From NCBI GenBank assembly GCA_003344405.1, contig NOWV01000029.1, positions 186,001-250,000 of the forward strand: DNA of 64,000 nucleotides. The letters are read 5' to 3'. The stretch is from Trichoplax sp. H2 (lineage: Eukaryota). Position numbers and translations under genes: made by a program. Numbering within the stretch: position 1 is the first letter of the stretch; each line of letters begins with the position of its first letter. The notes under the pieces were generated by a model, which was not told the DNA's origin, did not search any database, and was given only the letters and a program-made list of their open reading frames with translations. Shown in pieces: positions 40,001 to 53,057 of the stretch.

Positions 40001-43000
40001 ATTATAGTTCACGGTATAAGAACGTTGTATAGTGCTACACTGTAATATATTCTAGAATATCATCTTAATAGTGACGCATAGCAAGGGATACTACATTACT
40101 TAATACCGCTATTATGTTCATATATAGTGTAAATATATATACATAACTTAACATAAATGTACGTAAGTATGCATATTGATAAAAAATTGACTAGTACTGC
40201 ACATTTACTCATAGTATTAAATAGTGATAACTTTATTTATGAACATTATACTACTAAGATGTACCTTAAATTTAACGTTTGAGTTAGATAAATTGTTAAA
40301 GATGAAATGGAATTTATCCTGAGTAGCATTCGGAGGTTGCTCGAACGGAACATCAATCGCAGCCAGGAGAGTACCAATATTGGTAGCACCGGCGATGGAT
40401 AGTGTTTGTTCAACAGGTGGTTTCATAACTGTTGATATCACCGGCTTCGTTCCAGAATCTGACATGCTAGATGACACCTGTGCTAATACCTGAGTATTTT
40501 GTTCAGAGTCTTCAGTAGTAGCTGGTTGTACAGGAGGCTCTTGAGATTGTTTGCCATATTCTACATAAGCAACCAACGCAGGAGGAAATTCACGAAAGTG
40601 AGGAATAACAGCAAGATGATCACAATATTTTGGATAATCTTTTAATCTATTTTTAAATCTGTCCAAAGCTGTAATACCAAATTTATGCATTTTACTATTT
40701 GGAGGCTTTTTTAACGCTTCTAAAACATATCTTAGCGCTACGCCTAAATCCATATAAGTCACCAAACCCTGCTCTATAATTCCACCAAATAAGACTGCCG
40801 TAGTATGCAATTCCAAATCAGGATACTGCGGAAAATATTTATATTCTTCGATTAAATTACGTAACATACAATGGAAGATATCATTTTCCTTTTTTACAGT
40901 TGAATCTTTGAATTTTTTCAATAAACTCAACATTTCATTAATAGAAATTGTAGGTTCTGGAAGACGATTGTATAATTTTTGAAAGTAAGCGTTAGCTTCA
41001 TCTTCTACGCTCTTAGTAAAAGTATTATCCGCACCTGACCATACAGCTGATAAATCGGAAACTGTAGGATGCGATTGAGGGTTTGAACTTGATGGCTGAT
41101 TGATGACCGAAGCCTTACTTTCACTAGGTTTTGGAATATTAATCGCCTGAGATGGTTTCTTTGTATGCATAGGAGTATGATTAGCGATCATAAGCTTAAC
41201 CGCTTTCGTGTTCTCCTCATCGATACTTCCTAACTGACTTTGTAGAACGATTAACATAGTTGTAACAGTATCTGTCGGTAAAATAGCACTCTTAGGTAAA
41301 TCTATTCCACTATTTTGCGAGATTAGCAAAGAAGGCGCTCTTCTATCTAGAAATGAAATGCAAGCTCGAATGAATTCATCTTTATGTTCTTTCATCTTGT
41401 CGGTCATCCATTTATCTAATTTTAGGTACTCTCGTCTAGCGGCTAATGCCGCTAAATCGATTACAAAGGGGAAAGGACCAGTATTAAGCAAAAGAGATAG
41501 AGCCTTGAGATCCTGTGAAACATCTAGTATTCTCGATAGTCTTGTTTGATCAAAAGGATCGTCTTGCATATACCAATTCGCCATACAATGCAAAATCAAT
41601 TGACGAATAGATGCTGACTGTCCCTGACCATGCCATGCGTAGTGAAGAACACTTGAAGAGTTTGGGTGATTGCCTAAGAAAACGGGCATAATCATTGCAA
41701 CTAATTCGTTTCTTAGTGTATGCCAAGTAGGGTTAGTTTGCAGTAAAGATAACAAAAGAACATCAGGGCAAATTTTTGCTGGGTAAGCAAATAATGATAG
41801 TACCCGATCGTAGTGGCCACATTCGCCAAGTCTTAGCAGTGTTTCTACTAAATTTAGTGACTGCCAATTTGCGATATGTTTATTTCCCTCTTCTGGAGGA
41901 GCCTTTAATATATCAGTAACAACGGTATGACATGGATAATCTCCAAAGCACAATACTTCAGGGTGACGCAGTGACTGCTCAATGAATGATAGCTGGCCTT
42001 CAGTATTCTTCCAATTTCGATAAATGAGATCTATTGGAAATGTATCCTGCTGACCAATACGATAGGCATGTATAATTAAACGGAGTCCTTCTACATCAGA
42101 GATAACAAACCCAGGATAATCTAGCTTAGCAATTACTTCCATCCAGTTCATAGACGGGACTACATCTTTAACAGCTTCAATAAAGACAGTAACATTCCAA
42201 GAATTACTAGATGATGATAAATCTTGCTGTTTTTCCTTTTCCCAGGAATTAGTATTATTAGTTAAATTTTGGATGGGCATCTGATCAGCAGCATTACATG
42301 TTCGAATCATTATTCCAAGTACTTTTGCGACTGCAGCCGGTTTCAAAGTCTCGTAAGGTATCAAATCTAATACTTTCTTTGCCTCTTCGATGCTATAGTT
42401 ATTAGATTTATTTGTTAATGATATCATTTTGACACATTTAGGATAACAACGCACTAATAAATTAAATATATTTATTGATAAGTCTGTATAAACCTCGCAC
42501 AGCAACCATAACCAATTTCTGCCATGATATCACATAGTTCATCTTTTATCTAAGATTATAGAGGTGAAGGTAACAAATCGCATATATCGTTAAGGCAAGA
42601 ATGACTTCAAATTACTAAATCAACTTATACGCATTCTTACCGGAATACTACTAAAACCAGTAGATTTTAATAAATTTCTGAAATAAAAAAGTTACACTGT
42701 GAAATGTGATACTCTACATTTTAGTATATACGCAATTTCTATTTACATATCGCTGTCAGTTGTCGTATAGTCATGGTACAGTAGTGGATCGAGAAGGATT
42801 GGTACTCTGTCTCTTGGAAAGTCTATCAATTGATATAAAGTTTAAACCATAAGAGTCAATTTCCAAAGTAAACTTTTCTATGATAGCGCTAACAATCTAT
42901 GTAATCATTATTTCAACTTAAAAGCATCTTACTGTCACTTAAAATTGTTTAACTAGCTTATTTATAAGATCTTTCAAGTTGAATATTACTAACAACAATT

Positions 43001-46000
43001 ATGCGTATACGATACCTTGTCTTAACATCTCAATAAAAGCGTCTGCTTGGGTATTACTAATTCCGGTTTTTTCTGAAGAGTTATCAATGATATAGCAGAG
43101 TAGCTGATGTATCACTTCTACTGCTATATCACCTAGGCCATCTTCGTTGCTACCAACATCTGATGATATAACAAATTTGGTAAAAGACAGATTAAATTGT
43201 AAATATATTGTTAGCATGTAACTCTACTTGGGTAATTTTACTGATAACTGGCGATTCATCCAACTACTATTGCCATATGCAAATTATACAATTTCTACAC
43301 GTTGTATTATACAACTCTTCAATGCTAAGTTGTGAAATAAATTTAAAGAAAGGTACTATCATATGCAGATTTAAAGTAACACAGACTCGAAAAGCTCATA
43401 TACACGTATCATCTTACCGGAATCAATGTAAGACTGTAACAGTTCTGGTAATTTTTCCTTTAAAAACCTTTCCGCTAAAATAAATTAGAAGGGATAATAT
43501 TACTGTATCATTCCATACTAAACCATTCACTTAAACGACACAAAAAAAAATCTTAACCCTAACAGATAACCAATATTATTATTATCTGTAGACTATACCT
43601 TGTGTTTTCAGTTCAATATTAGATGCATGGATTAAGCCCAACCCTATTACAATCTATTTTAATTACAGTTTTAATAATTAATATTGATACTATGACAATC
43701 GTGTTTAAGAAATCAAACATTTATCTTGCAGACATAAAAGTAGCCAAGATTAGTGTAAGGTACCTCTTGAATTTTGCTTAGTTTCAAAACTTGGCTTATT
43801 CGGGATAATAACTGAGGTGACGGTTGAAGGCTCTGAAAGTAATGAACATGATAATTTAGAATGGGAATAAAAATGTTGTAGTATGATATTCAAATGTTCA
43901 TTAATCCAGAATGTAGATTTTCAATCGGATTCAAGTCAATTTTGATAGTTAATACTTTTTTCAATCCATCATCCTTCAATCCAGTTTTGGCACATACGTC
44001 TATAACGTTGCAACGTACAGTTTAATTTATCATTTATTAATGCTCACCTTTTGTTTGGGCAAAGGTTCATCTATGGCGTAGCTTAAGATAGTTGCTACAT
44101 TAGCTTTTGTAACTAAACCGCTACACTCTTGCGATAACAGCTGGATCTAGATAAAGATACACGAAGATAACATTATGCCACTAGAAATAACGGTAGTTCT
44201 TTATCATGTATCATCCTGGTTAAAAGGTCGATTCCTTGTACTGAATTTTAAATAAAACGTCTAATTGTACTTGTCAGTATGTATCAGTTCAAATCAGTCA
44301 ACATCAGGCGGCCACTTAATGTGAAAAGTAGATCATGGCTTGATGAGCAATTGCCAGCTTGGAATAACAAATTTGCGTGCTAACATCACTCTTTATTGTT
44401 GGTATTTCTTTTATTGCTGACCTCTACGCTGTAGTTTTACTTACAGCTTAGTTCTATTTTTTAGCGACTTAGAACATTACATGTTCACATAATAGCTATT
44501 GTATAGTACAGCGGAGGATAAGAGTGTACAGTAAATAGCACGGTTGATTGCTGATACAATTGGTGTAGACGACTACTAAGCTGTTATGTATAGCACTACT
44601 GTGCCGTCAACTATTATTATTGCAGCCGAGAGGTACTCATACATACAATACTACAATTTACTCACGTAAATTTGGCAACAATTTTGATAGAACTGCAACA
44701 CAAAGACAAAAGATACCCAGCTAGTTTTACTGTATAACATAATAATTTTATGATTTCTACTCTGCTTCCCTTCATTTCGACGTGATTCATTACTGATTTA
44801 CTGTACAGTATCCCACTCGTTGCAGGCTTGCAATTGGTGATTGATGAGAAAATGGAATGTTCAAATTGATAGAGAAGTATTGACTAAGGACAGCATTATA
44901 CGTTACATACTATAAAATATAGCATACCTGATAGAAATCTTTACCGCTACCTTTATTATCCGCGTTGAAATCAATTTGTGAGAATAAAACACGGTATAAA
45001 TGTTTCTCCGCTTCGGTGCCATAGCGTTCAACAAGCTATAGATACATATTAAGAAAACAGAAGAGAAATTGAGATGTAATATTGTATGTCCAGATTCAGT
45101 TACGCATCATTTTTTTGCTTCTCCACTAGGCAATACTGTAGTAACAACAGTATTCCTGGGACAGTCTAGATATTAAGAGGATTTCACAATTTCATTCTCA
45201 TACTACCCAGTGATGACATGATTGCGTACAAGTAGTAATATTTAGCTGCAAGATTTGTGCCATGAAATACTAATAATTATTACATAGAGAATTGCTGTAA
45301 TTATAGTCTCCATTGCCTATCTTGGTAGCCGGCATTGAACAAGTGACTTTGAAGATTGAATCGATTACTACAGTACAGTATGAAGTTGCAGTTACAGAAT
45401 TACGGACTCTGGTTCTACTGTCTACCGTACAGTACTGTACTGTACAGTACAACTACGGACACTCAAAGTGTACTGTACACTGTACAGTTCTGTACGCGTA
45501 CTGTACGCCCAGTACGGCCAGTCTACAACACGACTGGATTTGACCATACCGTGCCCTGTACAGTACACTATAGTTCAGTAGTCAATCCATAAGCTTCATG
45601 CCTAAAATGGGTCCGCAAAAATGCTGGAAAAAAACGGAATAGCTAGCGATGATCAAGTGTATAACATGTTTGAAGAAATGACTTTTGGCATCCACTATTC
45701 TTTGACTCTACAGTAATAACAAAACAAAGATGAACACAACTTCTTGGCAGTAGAATCGCTGTTTCCCTACTAATAATATAGCTACGGTTTTCTTAATGTC
45801 AGGCCTCGGATTTGAACTCACTTGATTCACAGGATATATATTCTCATGTACAGTATGTGCACTTTACTTCAAAGCTGTGAACAAAACAATATACAATAGA
45901 CAGGAACAGTATAGTATGTATGTGTAGGAATCATTGACATTAAGAGATCGCAGAGAATCTTGAACGATAAAATCTATTTGAAGTTACATTATGTGGGGGA

Positions 46001-47012
46001 TAGACATGTTGTAATATACATATATATACGTCGCCAAGAAGATAAGTGTCAAAAGTGGTGCATTCACCAAAATTTCAATCAACTATACAGTACAGTACTG
46101 TGTAGCATGGACTACTCAATCTTACGGTAAAATTGAGTAATCCATGTGTGTGTAGTGTCTTGAAGTTAGCAGAGCGGTAGCTGTTTTCAAGAATCAAAAT
46201 ACGGCAGATAGGAATAAGCATCAAGATACGCGTGGTTGTACTACTCTATCTTGGCATAGCGTAAAGAAGTAGAATACTCATCTAACACAAAGAAGTAAAT
46301 CGTTTGTAACCATCACCATTGCAATAACTGACAGTAAGCTATCCTCAAGATTGATGATTAGACTATGATTGCCACTTCTAAACACTACGAAACGTACACC
46401 ACACAAGACAATAAACGGACCACTACAACAAGGTTGGCAAAGTTACGTACGGCAGTGCAATTGAGCTATCTTTATTATATCGTCGTATAAACGAATAACT
46501 CTCTAATCCAACCAAACTACACTTTGATCTTACTGCACAATTGGAATTGAAAAGATGGTCTATTGCCTATTACAAGCATATCAATCGAATATTGGGGTAT
46601 AAAGGCCTTTGAACAAATGAGACAAAATTTGAATGCACGCAAGTACTCAACACTGTACTGTGTATATTGTATGTCCTATCGAAAATGTAGAATGTTTGTA
46701 TGCATAAAAGTCAAATTAGGAAGCATTAGAGTAAAGTTAATGAACCTAGAATAGGCTGTAGTTGACAGAATGAAGCTATCTTCAATCAAAGAATGTAATA
46801 CCGTTTATTGGTATTGGTAAGTTTGCATTTTCCAGTCAAAAATCATGCAAGTTCAAGTCTGTACTTTCACGCTTTAACGAATCTATGGTAAGATAGTAAG
46901 TAGACCGTACCTGAGCTAATTCAAGTGTGTGCGACTTGGCAGTTTTCTTATTTAAATTAGTTACCAAATGGGTAATTTGTGAAAGTGCTAAGGACAGTGG
47001 ATCCAGGCTCAT
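34006..47012 (-). CDS. CNOT1: CCR4-NOT transcription complex subunit 1, multi-exon
   Basis: Exon 1 (47012-46911) reads [23 protein letters not shown]; exon 2 (45035-44928) reads [23 protein letters not shown]...GKDFYQ. The large exon 42392-40265 contains [16 protein letters not shown] and [23 protein letters not shown]. The C-terminus has [41 protein letters not shown] and [15 protein letters not shown]; stop TAA at 34008-34006. Confidence 0.96.
45360..45575. repeat. CAGTA/CTGTA pentamer cluster in CNOT1 intron 1
   Basis: For example gtacagtactgtactgtacagtac and gtgtactgtacactgtacagttctgtac. Confidence 0.8.
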
Positions 47013-48148
47013 CTTGTCAAGAAGTAAGTAAAGGAGATGAAAAATATCACGACACTTTCTACATAGGTCAATTTAATCTTGCTCGCTTGTAAGCGTCATC
47101 ATGAAAGATTCGTTTCCAACGGTACCAACAGCAATAGAAAGAGGCAAGCACGCTTTCAAACCGAGGTTGATTCCGAAAGCCGTGCTACGGTACTGTACAC
47201 TGCATGGCACACTTGACTGTGGTAACTTACAGTACAATCCAGTACTTCCTGTACCATACTGGTCATGATCAGCAGTTGAAATCAGATACTGTACAGTACT
47301 TCAAGGGACGGTAGAGTACAGTATTTGCACGCGTTAGGAGATGTCACACCATTGTCGCTTCATTGGTCGCCCTGATAAGAGTCCAATGAGTCACAATGCA
47401 TTGTGAGGCAGTTGGCCGCCTGTACTGTACTGTACTTTCCAGTATTGGACACCACTGTATCGTCGATTGTACCAGTGTGCATACTGTACTGTACTATTGT
47501 ATCGACTCTTTATCGTAGTATAGTTGTGTACAGTACAGTGTACAGTACACGATTGTACAGTATGCGTGACGTCATTTTTCCCACTGTACAAAGTGGACAG
47601 TAGAGACCCTTATACTGTAGAAGAGACTCTCTAAAAAGGGTCTCTACGTACAGTACTGTACAGTACAGTGTCCACGACAAATGTCTAAAGGGAGTTTTAT
47701 CACATTGATCCACTTTGATCCGTTGAACTCGATTGTAGTCAGTACAGTCATGGACTTCTACTGTACAGTACAGTAACTGTAATTGGGTAGTAAACGTGTC
47801 GACTTGGGTGTGGTTTACGATACTGTGAGCCAAACTTTTCACTGCGTAGTGGACTGTACACAGTGTACAGTACTGTACTGTACAATATACTGTGTTTTCC
47901 ACACACTGCGAATACTGTACTGTACTGTACATTACCATATCCAGTATTACTGTACTGTAGTGTACACTACTGTACTGTACTGTACTGTACAGTAGTAGAA
48001 ATTGCTGGTAGTACTGTACAGTACAGTACAGTACTGAAAGCGTTGTCACTCTTCTCTTCCATTTTGTATTGTAAGTACTGTACAGTACAGTACTGCACCG
48101 TGTACAGTGAAAAGTCTTCTGCTCCTAGTTTTGCCAACCAATACTGTC

Positions 48149-48296
48149 CAGTAGGCCCAGCCATAATAACCCCGATTACTCAGATTAGACCTGACTCAGA
48201 CACTCAGCGTTAATAGCTTTGACAATAATGTATCATCGTTTAAGCTATTTACGCTGAGTATCTGAGAAATCGGGGTTATTATGGCTGGGCCTACTG
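48149..48296. mobile_element. 148-bp MITE-like foldback element (Tc1/mariner-type ends), copy 1
   Basis: 37-bp TIR CAGTAGGCCCAGCCATAATAACCCCGATT(A/T)CTCAGAT with 1 mismatch. Inner stem actcagcgttaatagctt / aagctatttacgctgagt. Right flank is TA; left flank is TC. Confidence 0.7.
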
Positions 48297-48361
48297 TACA
48301 GTATCATTATTCATGCATTTCAAAAAGTCTTCTGCTCCTGGTTTTGCCAACCAATACTGTA

Positions 48362-48509
48362 CAGTAAGCCCAGCCATAATAACCCCGATTACTCAGATTA
48401 GACCTGACTCAGATACTCAGCGTTAATAGCTTTGACAATAATGTATCGTCGTTTAAGCTATTTACGCTGAATATCTGAGTAATCGGGGTTATTATGGCTG
48501 GGCCTACTG
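48362..48509. mobile_element. 148-bp MITE-like foldback element, copy 2 (part of a 213-bp tandem duplication)
   Basis: TA|CAGTAAGCCC...GGGCCTACTG|TA; the flanking aaagtcttctgctcct is also duplicated at a 213-bp offset. Confidence 0.72.
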
Positions 48510-48971
48510 TACTCTACAGTATCATTATTTATGCATTTCAAGAAGTTCATGGCCCTGTGTACTGTACAGTACAGTACAATACGCCAACATGCATGATGAT
48601 GACTGCACTGGAATAAAAGCGTACAGTATTAATCAGCCGTGCCAAATGACAAAACTACTGCCAATATTAATTATTAATTTCAATTTCAATCTGGAATTTT
48701 ATTTGATAAATCAATTGGATGGTTTTACTCTACAGTATCTCACAATTTAGGAAAATTTTCTCAATCTGATTCACATCGAAATCTTCAAGTCTTCAATCGA
48801 ATTTTTCTGATCTCTTTTTCATTCATTAACATGTTTCTAATCAATAGGGTTGCTGTAAGTGTTTACTATACGGTAGTTCGTCAGAAATCAATTTCAATTG
48901 AATTCATTCACTATACTGTACAGTGCAGTGTACAATGGACTTTACTGAGTTTCGGCAATCAGCAGTTGGCA

Positions 48972-51900
48972 ATGGATGAGAGGTACTGCACAGCAAGTCT
49001 CCATTTAACGTCAATTTGGTCGAGTCCCTAATTATAGTCCCTGATTATACAGTATATTACGTGTATAACATAGACATTACATAGATTGCATTACGTATAT
49101 ACTGTGTATATTATAGCACAGTAGTTCATTACTTCATTCATCCTGATTGTAAATTCTAAATTTTGAATAAGTAAAGTGTATATCCATATGCTTTATACAT
49201 CGCCGTACGTTACGGCAAATAGTATAACATAGATATAAAAAAAATATATATATATATATAGCGAATAGCTACGGCACAGGTAGATAGCTGTATATTACGT
49301 AATATGCATGCCCATTGCGCCAATTTCTAGAATTGTCCTAGAAATTTCTCTGCACAAAACCAAAATAATGAGCGTAACACTGGCTGCAACGAAACTGCAA
49401 ATATCTGCAGCTATTTTTTATCTTGCAGCAATGGCTAACTACAGAGTTGAAAACTCGACTCGAAAAAGCGAAAGAGAGCCTGTTTGGAAATTTGTTCGTG
49501 GCTGATGCTTGTCAGTTGTCACAGAGATCATTGATTGGAGATCTCGATGATGTGATTGCGACCAAGCGTAAAGCAGCAGTCGGCACTAGTACATTATTGG
49601 AAAGGATTGCAGACGGACGATAGCATTACTGTACCACTCCTTTGCTCAACTATCCATAATAGAAAGAGCAAATATGAATATGTATTTATTCGGGATTGCA
49701 CTCATACCCATTTTTAAACCCGCTAATGTGCAAGGGCATGTGCTACTTGCTGAGTCCAGAACGTATCCGTATTTTGCAGCACACTGCAAGATACAGTACA
49801 GTGTCCAATGTGCACACCACGGTCACTATAGTAGTGTCGAGGTTGATACTTGGACTGCATTACTACTACTGTACTGGGGGGGTAGTCAATCCCGTTGGCA
49901 CAGTACAGTACGGTACAGTGTACAGTGTACAGTATTTACATCCTGTCAGAGGAGTACTGTAACTGTACTGTATCAACATGAAGGAACTCAACAGTGAGCG
50001 AGCGAACCGAACCTTAAGGGGAGGCTGCGACGAGTGAATTTCTTCAAAAGGGGCAGAAAAAACGTGTACTGTATATATAGTCGTCAACAGGTTTCTTGGA
50101 CTACTGTATTCATACTTTGATACGGTAGTCATCATTGCAAAGGCTAGGCAAGATACGATCACTTCTTACAACATTAACTATCCATTCTTCTAGCTTTCTA
50201 TACTAGTACCACATGGACAAGGAAGATTGATTGCAAAGGGTGAAGTACAACAAGTAGCCTTTCCCTTTTGCGGTTTAGCTCGCTAGCGATAGATTGATAA
50301 CTCTCTGTTCCAAGCAAGCACTACTGCCGCTGACAACCGTAGACTAACTATATGGTTTGAAGCGTTTGAACCTTGACCGCCAGTCATTCACTATAGCTAT
50401 TGCACTCTTCTCCACAGCTATCCTACCGATGGATTGCAAGATAAGGTTAAAATTTGATTTGACAAGAATTAATGTATTATATTATAATTCCAAGATTGTG
50501 AATAAATGTTGGATAATTTCATATGTGCATGTGGCAAATGAAGCTTCAATTATCTTTGACATGAATATCTATCCTTTCGCCCGCGCTACACAATAAAATG
50601 CATAATCTCAATCTGATAGACTACTGTAAGACAATCAACTAATTACAGTGCTACTAAGGTTATCCTATGTGATCGCGCGCTCGTTATGTTACCAACTTAG
50701 GATTTAATGGACTTATTTATACGCGTGCTGCAGCTGTAAAATAGTGTCTACTTCACAACTTCGATCCTCACAAGATTAAAGTACATACTCTCTTGTCATC
50801 GTTTTGTATTTCGTCAACGATTAACCATGGTATTTGCAGGGGCATGCTCCGATTAATTACAATGAGTAGCAACAGTCATAGGCATGGTATTTTACGTATA
50901 GCGCGATATGTCCAACATGACGTTTTTGCTTTTTTTGACTTGTCATTTCATGGTTTGCCCATTATCGAGGTATACAGTCATTGGATTTTATTTGAGACAC
51001 AGCATTCTAGTTTAAAACCTCAACATTTATTTTTTTTTCCACCAACTCAGTGCCTATGCCGCTTACTTTTCTTCCAATAGTTTAAGAATATAAGCTACGC
51101 CTCTATGGCAATATCATATTATACAAATTCACAGGTAAAAGAAAAATCTGGAAGTCCGTTACACCGTACGGTAGTACAGAAAATCAAGACTAATTCTTCG
51201 CGCTCTTTAGGATTGGATATCAGCACACTAAGTACAGCATACAGTAGTACAATAATTCCGCTACAACAGCATGCAATAATAATCCTGTATTATTAATGCA
51301 CAATTATCAATGAAAAAGCCTCAACTTATTACGATAATACACTTCGTTATTACGTTCACTCTTCTCCTTGACGATAATACGTATATCACATCAATTAATT
51401 TCAGTATCTAACTAATCATGGTAACATGTAACAAGCTTTTTCCTTATCCTGTACTCTACAGTATAGCCTTATAGTTCACCAACACATTCTACAGTATTGG
51501 TCATTATACGATATTTAGAATTATTCGTAAAAGAGTCGCAAAAGACCAATCAAATTTCACTGACTAACTGCTTAATTACAGATATTTATTATGAATATAA
51601 TAGCGGTGCATAGGAAAACCCTAGAGATGAACTTGCACTATGATTCGATTAGACAATTTTTACGGCACGAAATTTGAATACAGTACCGTAGTCGGTGACC
51701 AATTAGCTTATCAACCTCAGCATCGCACATTCTAAGCCTTCATTCAGAATTGATAAATCTGGCGCTATACATAATAGTAATATAATTAAGATGATATTCC
51801 TATGTGAATGCGAGTATCAGCTACTTGAATATTTGTAGCTACAGTTTTAAATGAATCAAGTCACAGCTAATTTACGATCACAGTTATTTTTTACTGTTAT

Positions 51901-52286
51901 TTATAAAACTAAGACTAAAATAACATGTATATATGTACGGTTACTACATTAGGAGTACTGATGATTCTCTAATGGTTTCGAAAACGGAAAATAAAAGAAA
52001 AGCCGATGTAAGTGAATCACACTAATTTGTGACTATATCACCGATGGTGATTATATTACTGTTTCTAAGTAAATGTATAAAGCAGTTTAACTTAAACTTG
52101 TAATTTCCGTACTTTTCGATATCGTCGTTGATAGACCAGACTCGCAATTACAATTGCTCGTGCAACGCCTAGACATTGTTGCACATTGTAAGTATAAGCT
52201 AAGTGTGAATTAGCCGTAACAAATATGTTTTAACCAACGTATAGGATTTAGAAGGTGATCCTGCGAGAAAATTGCAAGCCAGAGAC
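48972..52286 (+). CDS. Candidate N-terminal exons of cyclin E
   Basis: Phase-compatible GT-AG exons 48972-48982 (MDE-R), 51953-52007 (STDDSLMVSKTENKRKAD, like the cyclin E RKRKAN motif) and 52245-52286 (DLEGDPARKLQARD) join in frame to the exon at 53548. The first exon is speculative. Confidence 0.45.
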
Positions 52287-53026
52287 GTATGTATTAGCGT
52301 TAGACTATACAATATTCATTTTGTGCAGATGATAGCATACTATATCGTTATCATTTTACTACACTGTAGTTTGCAAATTTCGCAAACCCACTTTATGTTC
52401 TGTTAATATTAAAGTACTATGCTTGTTTCACACTCAACATCAGATCTCTGCTATATGCCCAGTTTGCAGTATTCTTAGTAATTACAGTACATCGGGTTCA
52501 ATTTATTTATTTTATTCACACTCGCATTTGCCGGTTTTAGTCTACTCGAAAATCTCTCCTTATAAATCACTAGCAGTCGACCACTACCGACAATGGTACT
52601 ATACAGTAGCATCGTTCAAGGACAATTCTACCTCAATTATAATGACAGTGATGATGATATTCGCTAAGTAGAGAATAAAAGGAGCACCCGTCCGATTAGA
52701 GAAAGGAAATACAATACTGTGTTTTCATTTGCATAATTTTTGTATATACTACAAGTGTCTTTCGTTTTACAATTTTCCGACCTCATGCAACATCAATTTT
52801 TACTAGTCCCACTTCAGTTATCAATATACGAAATTTTACAACGATCAGAGATCAATCTTTTTCTAATCATCCATTTTACAATCAGTTGAAATACGAGTAT
52901 GTACTGTTTGTATGAAATTAAATAGAAAATTTCCTTACATATACTCGCTGTCGACTATAAAACCTACGCAGCCTCACCAACACAGTTGCTTATTACCGTA
53001 TGAATGAACGTTCAAGAAAACAAGAC

Positions 53027-53057
53027 ATTCCCGCCAATTTATTTATTGGCGCCAATA
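53027..53057. promoter_or_regulatory. Paired E2F-like sites
   Basis: ATTCCCGCCAAT (53027-53038) and palindromic TATTGGCGCCAATA (53044-53057); further GGCGCC motifs at 53245-53260. Confidence 0.55.

Larger units (their letters stand above)
47185..48625. repeat. Mixed-orientation (CAGTA)/(CTGTA) arrays in the CNOT1-cyclin E divergent region
   Basis: Dense runs such as tactgtactgtactgtactgtacagtagtag (~47968-47998) and gtactgtacagtacagtacagtactg (~48011-48036). These generate the spurious YCTVQY ORFs. Confidence 0.9.

Noticed and set aside
45795..45830. GTTCAAATC B-box/T-loop-like motif on the minus strand
   Set aside because: The flanks do not form a T-stem or cloverleaf, so no tRNA is called.
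47391..48213. ORFs of up to 179 aa rich in YCTVQYSTV (also 45270-45592 and 60841-62056)
   Set aside because: They are translations of CAGTA/CTGTA pentamer runs, which contain few stop codons. They are open on both strands and have no recognisable domain.
49423..49623. Acceptor-preceded ORF containing TKRKAAV, resembling the cyclin E basic motif
   Set aside because: It ends in a stop and has no other similarity. The exon at 51953-52007 fits better; this may be UTR or alternative-exon sequence.
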